DNA of 64,000 nucleotides from Eledone cirrhosa (lineage: Eukaryota): positions 292,888,001-292,952,000 of the forward strand of contig OZ024740.1 in assembly GCA_964016885.1 (NCBI GenBank). The letters run 5' to 3'. Shown here piece after piece: positions 1 to 13,502 of the stretch (its first letter is position 1; every line of letters starts with the position of its first letter). A model generated the notes under the pieces. It had not been told where the DNA came from. It saw nothing but the letters and a program-made list of their open reading frames with translations, and made no database searches. Both the position numbers and the translations under genes were made by a program.

Positions 1-254
1 TCTGTCCGTCAATGAATTATTAACTATTTAAACTGGCTATTAGAGCTGTATCAGGTTGAGTTAAAGAGTGTCGAAGGTTTATATTACTAGTACTGCATAA
101 TTATCAATTATTATGTATGAATGGAATCATAGCGCCAGCTGGGGTTGTATTGGCGCTGTCTTGGGCACTTTAAAGCTGGCGACGCCCATCCTCTCTTCTG
201 GTCGGAATACAGCTGATTTCCTCTAGAATGGGAGGAAGTGAGAAAATAGATAGA

Positions 255-3200
255 GAATGAATTGACCATAGTACTAGACCGGTATTTTTTAAAAATCATC
301 TTCGGAAGGTTGAAAGGCAAGTTTGACATCGGTGAGATTCGAACTCAGAGAGCGCAGTGATCTAGATCGAACACCGCAAAACATTTTAACCAAAGTTGTA
401 ACAAGTCTACCAATTCACTGCACTATATAAGTTAACAAGAAAGATACTTAATCTTTGCTATGTCAGTCAATGAAGCCCTAAGAATTCAACATATATCATT
501 GTGACAAACAGCAGAACATTGCATAATTAACCAGGGTTACGTTAACCTAGCAAGTTCAAATTTATACAATACATAAAATAGTTTCAGCAAGGTTAACTTG
601 ATGAGGGCAATCCAACAGGGAAAGCTCTCATCCAATCTGTCATAAATTGTATTGTCCAAATCGCCCCCATTTGGTTAGGGTTGTGTAAGGTACACCAAGC
701 CTGAAAAAGTCTGGATGGTCATAGTTGGAATGGATTTGATTACTGGTCCGTTCAATCATCCAAATTATGGGGCTAAAGAAAATCAATAGCTACTACTTCC
801 TAAAGAGGAAGCCTTCTGTCCTGTCTCAACCATTCAATATATTATAGAAACCATTACAGTTACTATTCTATCAAATTCTGAAATACCAACTCAACTTTCC
901 CACATGTCTTCTTCTTCTCCTTCGTCCACTTATTCCCGATAGGGTGGTGGAAACAGTCCCTAAACACTCCTTCCAGCAGGTCCTGTCAGAAGCAACCGTC
1001 ACCTTTTCTAAAAAACCTAAAATATTTGTAATTATATATTAGATGCTTATCTGCTTCTCTATGTGTAAATCCTAGGGCAATATCCGTATTTTCACAGAAG
1101 TTTCTTTAACGTTTTTGTGAGAATATCACGTTTCAAGTTAGTTGTCATCCCTGAGCTGGTTTAAGTATGTAGAAATCCTGATAATAATTGTTTAATGTTG
1201 CAAGCAACTTATTTCTTCACACTAAAGTGTACTGGCTAAGTTTATTTAAGAAAAACAAACTGTTTACACTACTACTAATACTACAACCGTATCTCGCAAT
1301 CGAATATGACGTGGTAGAATGTACTATGCTTTCGCTAAAAGTTTTAGTTGACTATGCAGTCAAGAGCAAATGCAAACACCCTCACGTCTCTCCCTCTCAT
1401 GATCCAGCGGAACATCCAGGATGTGATATCTGCCCCAGTACTGGACTAGTATTGGATTAGTACTCTTCTTATCAACTCTGATAGGATGAAAGGCAAAGTA
1501 GATCTCAGCGGAATTTGAACTCAGAACGCAGATACTAGGAACAAATATCCAACGCGATTTATAGTCGATTATATCGACCCCAGTTTTTAGTTGATAGTTA
1601 TTTTACCGACTTTGGAAGGATACATCACAAAGCTGATCTTGAATTCAGAATGTAAAGAGACGCTGGCAAACTCTGCATAACATACTGTCTGTCCTCCACT
1701 CTCTACTGGATTTGTCAATTCATTGTTCAGTTTATATCCTCTATTTCAGTTCCTACTTGGCCTAAGCTGCTATTGTGGAATGACTTCAACTGGAATTGAC
1801 TTAAGATTTAAAACTTCCGGACAGAACTTTAACCCTGTGCATTGGACAAATTTAGTAGAGCAATTTGTATTCCTTTCGGAATAAGGTATCCGTCGAAAAA
1901 GTTTCTTCATTTGAACTGATATACATTTGTCAACATCTTTGTCAGCAAATGTTTCTTCTTCATATTTCTTTTATTTGTCCCCATATATTCTATTCATCAT
2001 ATTTCGTGTGAAGTTTGACTATTATGTAATTAACGTTTAACTTGGAATATGATTGAACATTGAAATTATGACAAGCTATTTCAATGAAGATCTTGATATT
2101 TGCGATCATGATACTAGATATTAGATATTAACACCCACTTCGAAATTATTCAAATCATTGTGCATTGCGGATTACTTTATATGCGAGTTTCTTGAGTATT
2201 ATTTCAAGTTTATATTTCAGCTAATCCATACTTTAGTGTTCAGTTCACACCAAAATATTTTCCATATTACGAATATATTTTTTGCTGTTATAGAGTGTGA
2301 CGGATTGGCAAAAGCATGAGTGCGTCGGACAAGAGAATTTGCAGATTTTTGTTATCCCTCTTTAAATCCAACCGAGGTAAACTTCGCCTTTCATAATTTT
2401 AGGCTTGATAAAAATGAAGCGATGGGATAGATATAATTGCCTTTCCCCTCCTCTAGAAATTGTTGGCTTTGTGTTTATATTAGAAATTATTATTTTCTAT
2501 TATAAGAGCGCGGAGTTGGGGCAGGCTCATCAAGGTAATGAGCAAAATATCTTGCGGTATTTGATTGTCACATTCTGAGTTCTGATCGCATCAGGTTTGA
2601 CTATACTTTTCTCTTTTCCGTTCTTAGTAAAATGAGTAACATTTAAGTATTGTGATGGATCACACCAAATATAATCTCACACTGAAATTTGTAGTTTTGT
2701 ATCAATTTTTCTATGAAAAGGTGACGAATTGGCAGAGGCGTCAGACTGTCTTATAGAATGTTTTGCATCATTCGTTCCCGTTCTTTACTCTCTGCAGCCA
2801 AATTCCGATGAAGGCAACTTTGACTTTCATCCTTCCGGCGTCGATAAAAGAGTACCAGTCTAGAACTAGGATCAATTCGTCGTCTATAACTCTTTCTCAT
2901 TCCCAATAATTTTCTTCCCTTTTCTGGAAGAAATCGGCTGTGTTAACACCTGAAGAAGGTTGAACTCCACAATATTTAAAGAGCCCAAATCACGCCATAT
3001 GTGACGACGGCGCCCAGAAAATTTCATCAGGAATTAAGGGTCCACACATACATTATTCTATAATATGGTGTTAGAGTCGGATAAATAGTAGAGCGCATGG
3101 CACAATGTAAATACACAATGTTCAGAGTTTCAATTCCAACAGGTTTGGCATGCTTTCATAAAGGTAGATATCAATATACTAGTGCCGATTCAGCCCATAA

Positions 3201-3785
3201 AATATGACTTTATTAAATGACAAATACTTTTCAAGATCTATTTTTCAATCGGAAGACTGCGAGGATCATTCTTTAGACAAGACAGATCACAATTATTTAC
3301 TTTACAATCAATAAATTGATGGCTTGAAAACAGAGAATCTCGAATTCTATCAAATATTACAAGTGAATATTTAATGTGCTCTACTCTTCTACGTGTGAAA
3401 ATATGAAATAGTTTTTTTTCTGTTGCTAAGCTCATACAACAGCCTGAATATTAGGCTTGTTGCATCTGATATGCAATTACATGGACATCCATTGCCAGTT
3501 ATAATTTATTGCCGTTAACTTAACTGTTAGCTGAGCAGAGTTTCCACTTCATTCGGCTTATTATTGATTTCTAACACAGGCACAAATTCACAAATATAAC
3601 GGATAGCTATAGCTGATTAAATCGACAGTAGCACTCAACCGGCCATTTTGTATCGACCCAAGGTGTATGAAAGGCAAAGCCGAACACGGTAGGGATTTGA
3701 CCTCAGAGCATAAAAGTATACAACTAAACACCACAAAGCAGTTTCTCCGTCTCTCAACTGATTCTATCAATCTGCAATTTACCAT
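255..3785. mobile_element. Cluster of old, diverged Meta-type SINE copies
   Basis: Degenerate central domains at ~270-425(-), 1435-1550(-), 1560-1725(-), 2305-2490(+), 2505-2700(+), 2720-2880(+) and 3580-3780(-). Confidence 0.65.
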
Positions 3786-4922
3786 TCGTTTTATTATTTA
3801 AAAAAGTGGTAGACGTAAAAGAGGACCGATTTAAACATGTGGTGTTTAGTTATGTTCTTTTTTTGCTTAGAATTCAAAACATACTAATGTTTATCTCTCC
3901 AGAATACTATCAATCATATGCTGTGAACGATTCAATTTCACTCGTTTCAATCAAAAATATTTGGCATTGTGTCAATGTAAGAAACCAGTTTTTCAATTGA
4001 TATAAATTCACCAATGGCTGCATCGATTGAATATTGAACTACAACTAACTAAAGTTTTAAGTGGATGTTACAGAACGATTCACTGTGCCGATTACCCTCA
4101 GCCATGTCGAGTGTGTGTTGAGGCAACAGTCTCAGTGTTGCTGGGGTATTTGACTACTAGCAACAGTCGGAGGATGTTGAGTTAGTATTGATTATTTTTA
4201 TCCTGTCATCACTATTATACTGTATTGTTTATCGCCAAACTGCTTAACACTCAATGATCTTGTCCACGTTGCTACAGAGTTATGTAATTCATTGCTGTAA
4301 GAAACAGGAGTGCCGTAAAACTGAGAACAGCTTACTTCTCCATTCTAGTTCTCATTTCACCTGATTTCATTGAAATGGTGGGAGTTGAAAGAAATTGGTT
4401 GTATTTTTATGGGAGCTGCAAGATGCATTAAATACTTGCCTTAATGTTTCAACCGTTTGCTTTTATCCCAGTGCTTTTTTATCAACTATAAGTTTTGATA
4501 CGATCTATATTGTGGAAAATTATCAAAGATCTTGCTCCGAACTTCGAAAATAAGGAATAGGAATGAGAGGGACTGTCAGATTACAGAACTCTCTGTCTTA
4601 AACTATACTCGTATATATATTAAAAAGAAAATTGTAAGCGTTTAGTATTTTAATTTTTTCATCATTTTCCTTCACATATATTTAACCAGATAAAGAAAAA
4701 TCTTTTTTACCCTCTACATCGCCTTAAAATAATTATTCACCAACTCAGTTTATTCTTTATCTATCTTTAACTTCCACACTTCATCTCAATGTATAACTAC
4801 TTCACGTTCATAAAACATATCATTCTGTCATTCTGTCATGCTAAACGAGGTTTAGTAATTTTTCATGCTTTTCACAATTTTAATTGTTTACGTATTTATA
4901 AATATACACATACACACACGAC

Positions 4923-5009
<87 letters not shown>

Positions 5010-5380
5010 ACCAAAAATCAGTGATGCATCTAGACTCAGTTTATTGCGTGTTACAATTGTTTCGCCTGCAGATAGCTCGAGATATGATCATTGTATGGAT
5101 CTGCCTGATTCTATAACTGCGGGTTCTTCGGACACATTCAATGCTTTCGGAGCAAATTTTCTCACTGGGGTGTTAGCTTCAAAAAACACCTTCAAAAAAC
5201 ATCTTCCACTCTTGTCTTGCCATTGGCTGTTGATTTTCTACGTCATCATAAATTCTGATTGTGAGTATATCACATTGGGGTAAGGACAGAGATATATACA
5301 TGCGTGTGTGTATCTTCTTTGTTGATGTACGTGGATACGGAGGTAATTGGGCACGTATTTGTTGGAATGTATATGAGCCA

Positions 5381-5418
<38 letters not shown>

Positions 5419-6416
5419 CTGTGGGTGTGTGTGTGTATGTGTGTATATGTACACCTACATAGAGCAGGGTTTGTTTGTACGTTTATGTGCGTGTACATAT
5501 ACATATGTGTAGATATATATATACATGTCTGTATGTATGTGTGTATGTGTGTTTGTGTCTTTGGAAGTGTGTCTGTCCTTGTTGCCTATCAATAAGGACA
5601 GGCGTCTATGTGTGCGTGTGTGTGTCTATGTATATGTCTGTGCGTGTTTGTGTATATGTGCAGATGTACGCGAACGCTGATATGTGTCCTTGTATGAGTG
5701 TAGGTGTGTGTCTGCATGTGTGCGCGTGTGCGTGCGTGTGAGACCGGATGCATGGGGGTATATAGGCAGGCGCCAGTGGACATGTGTTGTTGTGTATATG
5801 GGTGTGGGTGTGTGTGGGGGGGGGTGTAAGAGAGGGAGAGCGTGTGTGTGTATATGTATATGGGTGTGTGAGTTTTCACATGTGTGCGTACATATGTGTA
5901 TGCATATATGTGTATGTGTCTGCGTGTGTGTGTGTGTATGTGTGTTTGTATGTGTATGTGTGGGTATATATTCGCGAGTGTGAGCGGACTTGTGTGATAC
6001 CAAACCCAGTATGAGTCCATTGAAGTGTGTCGTACGGAGAGTAGCTGATGACCAGTGTGGCAGCAAATATTGACCAGAATTTATGATGACGTAGAAAAAC
6101 AACAGCCAATGGCAAGACAAGAGTGGAAGATGTTTTTTGAAGGTGTTTTTTGAAGCTAACACCCCAGTGAGACAATTTGCTCCGAATGCATTGCTTGTGT
6201 CCGAAGAACCCGCAGTTAAAGAATCAGGCAGATCCATACAATGATCATGTCTCGAGCTATCTGTCAGCGAAACAATTGTAACACGCAATAAACTGAGTCT
6301 AGATGCATCAATGATTTTTCGTTTTTTTATATTATATCACACTCTGCTCTGTAAGAACATAGAGTGCTCATCTGGCATATCGCCTATGGAAGCACCATAG
6401 CTACCATTAAACACAC

Positions 6417-6484
<68 letters not shown>

Positions 6485-6730
6485 ATGTGTGTGTGTGCGT
6501 GTGTGTGTGATGTGTATATAGGGAACGGTCCTCGGCTATAAAAACATCATTTCTGTCAGTTCCCTTGTCATTTATTTGGTTGGCTTGTTTCGGAAACGTA
6601 ACCTTATTACATAAGATGCTACCTGATGATATCGCATGACCGGTTTAATGATTGAACAATCCCGTAGCCATGATCAGTTTTGCTAATGAAGGGCGGTTTA
6701 AAATATACACCGAACTTCGCATTCTACTAC

Positions 6731-6780
<50 letters not shown>

Positions 6781-7071
6781 CCCCCCCCCCCACACACACA
6801 TACACACACATACATATACGAACTATAGTTAAAACAGTTACTTTTATATTATGTAAAAGTAAACCTGTCTTAAGAATATTTCGTGAATGGAAACTTCGTC
6901 ACACCTAATCGCCAATATTTCGCTGAGAATACACTATTGACGTGGAGTGCATTTGGACTGCTTAAATAGGTTTATCCTCGGGGTGCAAAGCAAACTCCAC
7001 TGATAAACACCCTAATTAACCGCATTAACCTAATTAACACCAATCTTGATGTAGTATATATATATATATAA

Positions 7072-7134
<63 letters not shown>

Positions 7135-7241
7135 ATAATAATAAATTTGAAGACTAAAATCCAAAGAGGGCTCGATAAGGATAAATATATATCAAATATA
7201 TAAGAACCGTAGAGCAAATATTTATTAAAATAACAGATTAA

Positions 7242-7292
7242 AGTTTAAGCAAAGAATCGTTGCTTTCACCCTTAACGGGATCTTCTGAAACT
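7242..7292 (-). ncRNA. Type I hammerhead motif of family B (other copies at ~42514-42560 and ~53951-53985, plus strand)
   Basis: aguuu-CAGAAGA-uCCC-guuaa-GGGu-GAAA-GCAA-cgauucu-UUGC-UU^aaacu. The other two copies carry canonical CUGAAGA. Confidence 0.6.
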
Positions 7293-7711
7293 AACGAAGT
7301 CAATCTGTAAACGCAGAAGTGGATATTTCAAAAAACGTTGCAAACGGAGGAAGACAGGAAGACGATACTTTGGTTCGTGGAAACGTTCCCTGGCAAAGAT
7401 TGACATCAAGATTGACCATATTATTATATATATAACGAAGGAAGTGTGGTAAGGAACCAGGTGGACCATAACGCACCAGAGTACTCGATACTTTGGGTAG
7501 TAGAGTGGGTAATAGGAAAAGAGTCTTTTCCTATTATCCACTCTACTACCCAAAGTATCGAGTACTCTGGTGCGTTATGGTCCACCTGGTTCCTTACCAC
7601 ACTTCCTTCGTTATATATATAATAATAATATTATATATATATAATTATATATATATATATATATTTTATATATATATATAATTATATATATATATATTAT
7701 ATTATATAATA

Positions 7712-7897
7712 TAATTGTTTCTACTTTAGGCACAAGGCCAGCAATTACACAGTGCATTACTGGTACTTTATTTTATCGACCTCGTAAGGATGAAAGGCAA
7801 AGTAAACCTCGGCGGGATTTGAACTCAGATCGTAAAGGGACATAACTATGCTGGAAAGCATGGCGTCCAACCCTCTACTGATACTGCCAATCCACTG
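7712..7897 (-). mobile_element. tRNA-derived SINE with Meta-type central domain (~190 bp)
   Basis: A box TGGCAGTATCAG, B box GAGTTCAAATCC, central CTTTGCCTTTCATCCTTACG.GGTCGATAAAATAAAGTACCAG, tail GTAGAAACAATT(ATT)n. Confidence 0.85.
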
Positions 7898-8098
7898 ATA
7901 ATATTATATAATAATAATTGTTCCGGTCTCCTATAATTTTAATCAAATTAATATTTAGCTCCGTCCCTCACCAGCTACAAGATTCAACATCAACGATGGA
8001 TGAGTTGCCTAGCGTAGAGTGCTTTTCCTACTATTACATCATGGCTAACTAAACGGAATGACCAGTTCTATTCATTGGTGAGCCACAAAACACAAACC

Positions 8099-8160
<62 letters not shown>

Positions 8161-8279
8161 CAAAGATATATATAGGAAAAGAGTCAGGACTCCGACGACA
8201 GAGCTACGTCCGTTTCGACTGCGTTCGGATCTAGCAGTCGAAAAGGTTGGAGCTCAGCCGCCGGGGTCCTGACTCTTCT

Positions 8280-8330
<51 letters not shown>

Positions 8331-8854
8331 GTCAATCATATTTGACTCACAATGCTTAGTGAAACACTGCACAACCGAAATGGAACCACGTGGTTAGGAA
8401 GCGAATGACCTATGCACACAGCCATGCCTGCACCCCTAGTTATTGGCGAATAAGTCTAGATATAAAAAATCAAATAATAGAATATATTGGTTCAACGTTG
8501 AACTCTAATTCTCATATGTATTTGAAATAGATAAAAGAAATCGATAGTATATGGCTAATGCATAGCATTGACCAAAACACAAAAATCACAATTTACATTC
8601 TAAGTTAAAAGGTTTTTTTTGCTGATTGTTTCTTTTATTTTCCTCTAATATTGAGTAGGTGACACTACTGGCATTAGTACAGAAACAATAGTTTAGAATT
8701 TACTATCACTGACGTTATATAATTATCTGTTGCTTGTGGCTCCTGGCATTATACATTCACAATAAATCCAATCACAGCCACAGAGCCACAGTGGATGCCA
8801 TGATATTCCTAAACAAAAGAGAAATTGATTTATTATTTTATAGAAATTGCTTAC

Positions 8855-9022
8855 ATTGGCGAAGGCTTTGCTCACTTGTGGCACCAGCTTTTGTCCTCCT
8901 GTTATTGATCGAGTAGCATTAATCCTGTACCATGCAGACGTGTGTGTTTGGTTTTGGGCAACAGTTGCTGCTGCTAGTTTGGCAGCTTCATCGGGAGAAA
9001 GGTTTTTGTTCCTGCCGAGTTC
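8855..9022 (-). CDS. Internal coding exon (168 nt) of a Na+/Ca2+ exchanger (SLC8/NCX family), helical region preceding Calx-beta domain 1
   Basis: ttttatttatttattctAG|GAACTC...GCCAAT|GTaag, 56 codons with no stop: ELGRNKNLSPDEAAKLAAATVAQNQTHTSAWYRINATRSITGGQKLVPQVSKAFAN. SAWYRINATRSITGG matches the NCX motif SRAFYRIQATRLMTGAG. Confidence 0.9.
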
Positions 9023-12000
9023 CTAGAATAAATAAATAAAAAGTCATAAAATAAGCAGCAGTTTACATGATTTCAATAACAGCAGCAAAAGTGTAGACAT
9101 AGCCGGAGAAGGGGTTTTAATATATTGAACTATAAATAAAACAAACAAATATGTATTTGAAATGCAAGTATGTGAACATACATAAAAACTGACAGTGTTT
9201 GCTATGGCTTAAATTAGCATCGATGATTACCTAGACTACTTGGGGTCAAGGTAATTTCTTTTAGTATAAATATTACCTTCATATGACCTGTATTTGTTAC
9301 AATCTACCAGTTTTCGTGTAAGTAACTTTGAACATTTTCTTGAATTAGTCTTGAATAGTAAAAGAAACATTCAGAATCAAATTCGATTACATTGATACTT
9401 CGCTATCTAGTAAATTATTGGCTGATACATGAGGCGCTGGACAAAGCTAGCACGGGTATTGATATGGTATTTTCTTTAAATATGATAATTTCTCGCGCCT
9501 TCAGTACTTTACACACTTAGCTGTACGTCAACTTGTCTTTGAGTTAATGTATTTTTTATCGCCATATTCTAATTAAAATTTCATAGCTTTTATTAAATTT
9601 TCTAGCGCTAACATAATTGTTGTTTTTATGCTGATGAAGTATCTCAGAGGAATATATTTACAACGATAAACAATAATATGCCAAAGGGCCTGTTGATTCC
9701 ACTGTTGATTCCACATTATATGACGTAAGTCATGTCACATATTCTAATTTAAAAACGAATTATTCTTTTCAATGAAATTGTGATATCCATTTTTTTAGGA
9801 AAATAGATGATGTAAGCAAGTCAAAATGACTTTAACCGAGAGTCAAGTTTTGTTGGCGGGGGCATACTGCTTGGTCTATGAAGTTCGCCAACCAAAATTA
9901 GACTAATGAGGAATTTCAATTAATGAAGTCATTTTCCTTGCCGCAATCTGGAAGTCACATTTTAACTTATTAAAATAAATATTGATTTTTAATATAAGCA
10001 CAAAGGTTAAGAGTTTAGACATGAGAAAGTCGAATAAATTGACTCAGTTCACGACTGGTTCTATATTTTATCAATACCTAAAAGAGGAAAGGCAATGAAG
10101 ACGTCGGATTTGAACTTGCTAGAATAAATATTAATAGCTTAATTACAAGCACGAAGCTCCTCAGAAATATTAGGCTTCAAATGAATGTTGTGGGAATTAA
10201 TAGACACATTTATGTCTCAGTAGAATAGTCTTTTATATTGAAACCTATACAGAGGTCAATAGCAGCGGCTGTGGCAAAGGTGATGGTTCTAACACATCCG
10301 TCTCTGTCTAATATTTGTGAGACACCCAATGCGAAAGCCACCGACTCTCTGGAGGCCACCTACAAACGGGTGCGGAGATGATGACGACAGTGAATGCCGT
10401 TTCGCCTGACTCCAGGGTGCGATCTGTAATCATGGCCTCATTTGCACGTATTATCTCTAGAATTGTTTCAGTTATCCACTCTCATGTGGGTAGTTATACA
10501 GTCTTGAGAATCAGGTAAAGTTCCCGCGCCATTCGTGATTTCACCATTCATGAATTTACGCTTGCATGGCTTAAAATTTGATACATGCATATGACTACTG
10601 ACAGGATCAACCAGGTAAGAATAACAGAAAACAATCGATTCCGGCAACTACGACAACCAACAACTACAGCAAGTTCGTGGTAGCTCACCTCGCTCATCTG
10701 TCATACGCTACTGTTGCCGTAGCAATACACCTGTTACCTGTATATGTACAATATCTGCAATTTACTGTATGTATTTTAATGTCTTAGCCAGGCGATGAAG
10801 ACTAACAGAAGGAAGAAAATTATAATCAGATCGGTAGATGTCAAACAGATTCCAACAGGGTGGAATCTGCTAAAACAATCAAGGGCAACAAGTAGTTGTG
10901 TAAAATCGGGTGACGGATTAAGTCTACACACAATTACAGTTTTTATTTAGCAAGTTTAGTTCGCAAGACTTCGGTAGAAGACTCTTGACGAAGGTGCTGC
11001 GCATTGGGATTGAAAGCAAAATCACGTTGCGAAGCGAAATTTTTAACTAACCATACAGTGATTTCAGATTTTACTTCTCATTCTGAGATAAAGAATTAAC
11101 ATCATGAAATAAAAACTAAAAACTGATGTAAATCGTTTCAATGTTGAGTATCCCAAATTTTCCATCAACAAAACTTCATATTCATTGTATTAACGTATCT
11201 AAAATATATTACAGAGTATTCAAATTTTTATGAATAATATTTTTTTTTAATTTGTCAAAACTATATTCTTTTATTCCACTGAAGTTATTGTTTCTGCTCA
11301 TGGGAAAAATTTGTTCATCCAGACTCACGGTGACAGTTTTGTTGACAAGGTTGACCCTTTGAATTACACATTCACTTTACCCTGTAGGCCTCCACACCGT
11401 TTACATCTATTCAATTTCATGCACACGGGTTGGGTCGACACGAGAATATGGTAGAGGATATTTGTCAAAATATCCTGATTACGAAACAAATTTCTAACCT
11501 CTTAATCATTAAACCATCAGAGAGATATTCCGATGAACAGGCATATAAAAGACTGACGGATAGAAAGACAGGCAAACAGACAGACAAACAGACTGACATA
11601 CATACAGGAGTATTTGACGACACTGCCCCTCACGACCCTCTCAGGAATAAGTGGGCGAAGAAGAAGAAGAAGAAGAAGAAGAAGAAGAAAGAGAGAGAGA
11701 GACAGAGAGACACCCAGGACGGTGGAAATATGCAAGATCATATAAAATTCTGCCTGTAACTATTTTTCATCGTTATTCATATTCCAACGTCACTTAATTA
11801 AAATCCAGTCTCTTCTTTCTAGGATGAATTGAAAGAAGTAAAAAAAGAAAGAAGGGTACATACATGGATGTATTGTAGTAAGGGATGAACAAATTTTCCC
11901 AGAGGACAGAAGCAATAATTACAATGGAACAAAAGAATAAAGTTTTGACAAATGAAAAAAAAATAATAAATTTTATAATTAACTGAATAAAATATCTTAA

Positions 12001-12642
12001 AAAGGAAAAATATTTGGTTTGAGGCAGACTATGTAATTATAAGTATAATTAATGTGCTGGTTAAATTCATGATATCAAAAATCGCATATATGATTACATA
12101 AAGTATATGGCTAATGTGCATGGAGGTTAGACTTGAAATCCATATAGTTATACATTTTCCACCAACTGAAACTTCATCTTATATTGGTATTCCTCACGAA
12201 AACATACATACTAGAACCGGTTTTAGTCTAGCAGTTAGGAAATTAGATAAAATGATATTTATGTTTATTACGTAAATGGGATCGAATATAGCACTGATAA
12301 AAAAACATATTTCGGTATTCAGTTTTGTTCTGTGTTCAAATCTTATTGGGTTTGAATTTACATCTCAACCTTCCAAGATTGGTGACAGAAATATGTTGAA
12401 GTGATAACGATTAAATTCTACTCAGATAGATTTGAATTCAAACTAGAGAAATGATCAATGAAATAGCAATTAACAATTCATTAGGCTCTTCGTTCTCTTA
12501 CTTTTTCTTCTGCACTAACATGGTAAGGTTTATTTTGAACACGAAAAGTGTTTTATTGGTTTCAGTTATTGGATTGTGGCAATGTTAAGACACCTCACAC
12601 ACATACACGCACACACACGCACACAGACACACCCACACACGC

Positions 12643-12679
<37 letters not shown>

Positions 12680-13502
12680 TGTATACATATAACCATCCAT
12701 TTATCCATCCATCTATACATACATACATCACCACACACATATATGCACGTATCTGTGTGTGTGTGTGTGTGTGAGATAGTATGCGTACAATTGTTTAGAA
12801 TGTAATTAATATTCCCGTTTATTTCACACAGTCCTCAAATCTATACAAACACCAAAAGAAAAAATACACGAGATTTTCGTAGATTCCTGCATTTCTCAAG
12901 GAGGCTCATGAAGTGACGAAATGCTGGAATTGAAACCTAGTAACGATCTCAACAGGCTTAGTTTAATCTTTGATTCAATATTATTACTTTATCATTCTTA
13001 TTTTATACAACATTATGTAATTAGTCGGAAGATGTCTAATTTAAATTACACAACAAAACCTTAGAATTAAACGAGATTTTCCAATTATAATCTACTCAAA
13101 TTATAACAATTGCAGCCAATCGTTAATTCTTATGTTTCTAGATTGGGATGTCACTCACTAAATAATGAGATAATATAGTTGCTTTGATAAACTAGTTTCT
13201 AAAATCCGATATTTACGTCTTTATTGACCGAAATTTCGAGAAAGCATTTTCAATTCAATCAGCTTGTTCAGAACATTATAATTAAACAGAGATGTACCAT
13301 AATATGAATCTAATATAATTCCGTTTTTCTGAAAAAAACAAACAAACAAAGAAAACATTTCTAAAGGCAATAGCTTCAAATAATAAGATTTTTTTTTCCA
13401 ATGGAAGGGAGTCATTTTTATTGAATAAATATTACTACAAAGTATACTAACCTCCGAATCTCGAAAATCTCCCTTGATTCAAGTGGCTGTAGAAGGTTAT
13501 AA

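Noticed and set aside
4060-4370. GC-richer block tested as the next NCX (Calx-beta) exon
   Set aside because: No frame resembles Calx-beta, and stops are frequent.
12501-12513. Possible NCX micro-exon (ttAG|TGCAGAAGAAAAA|GTaaga, minus strand)
   Set aside because: 13 nt would break the phase-0 frame, and the flanking exons already join sensibly.
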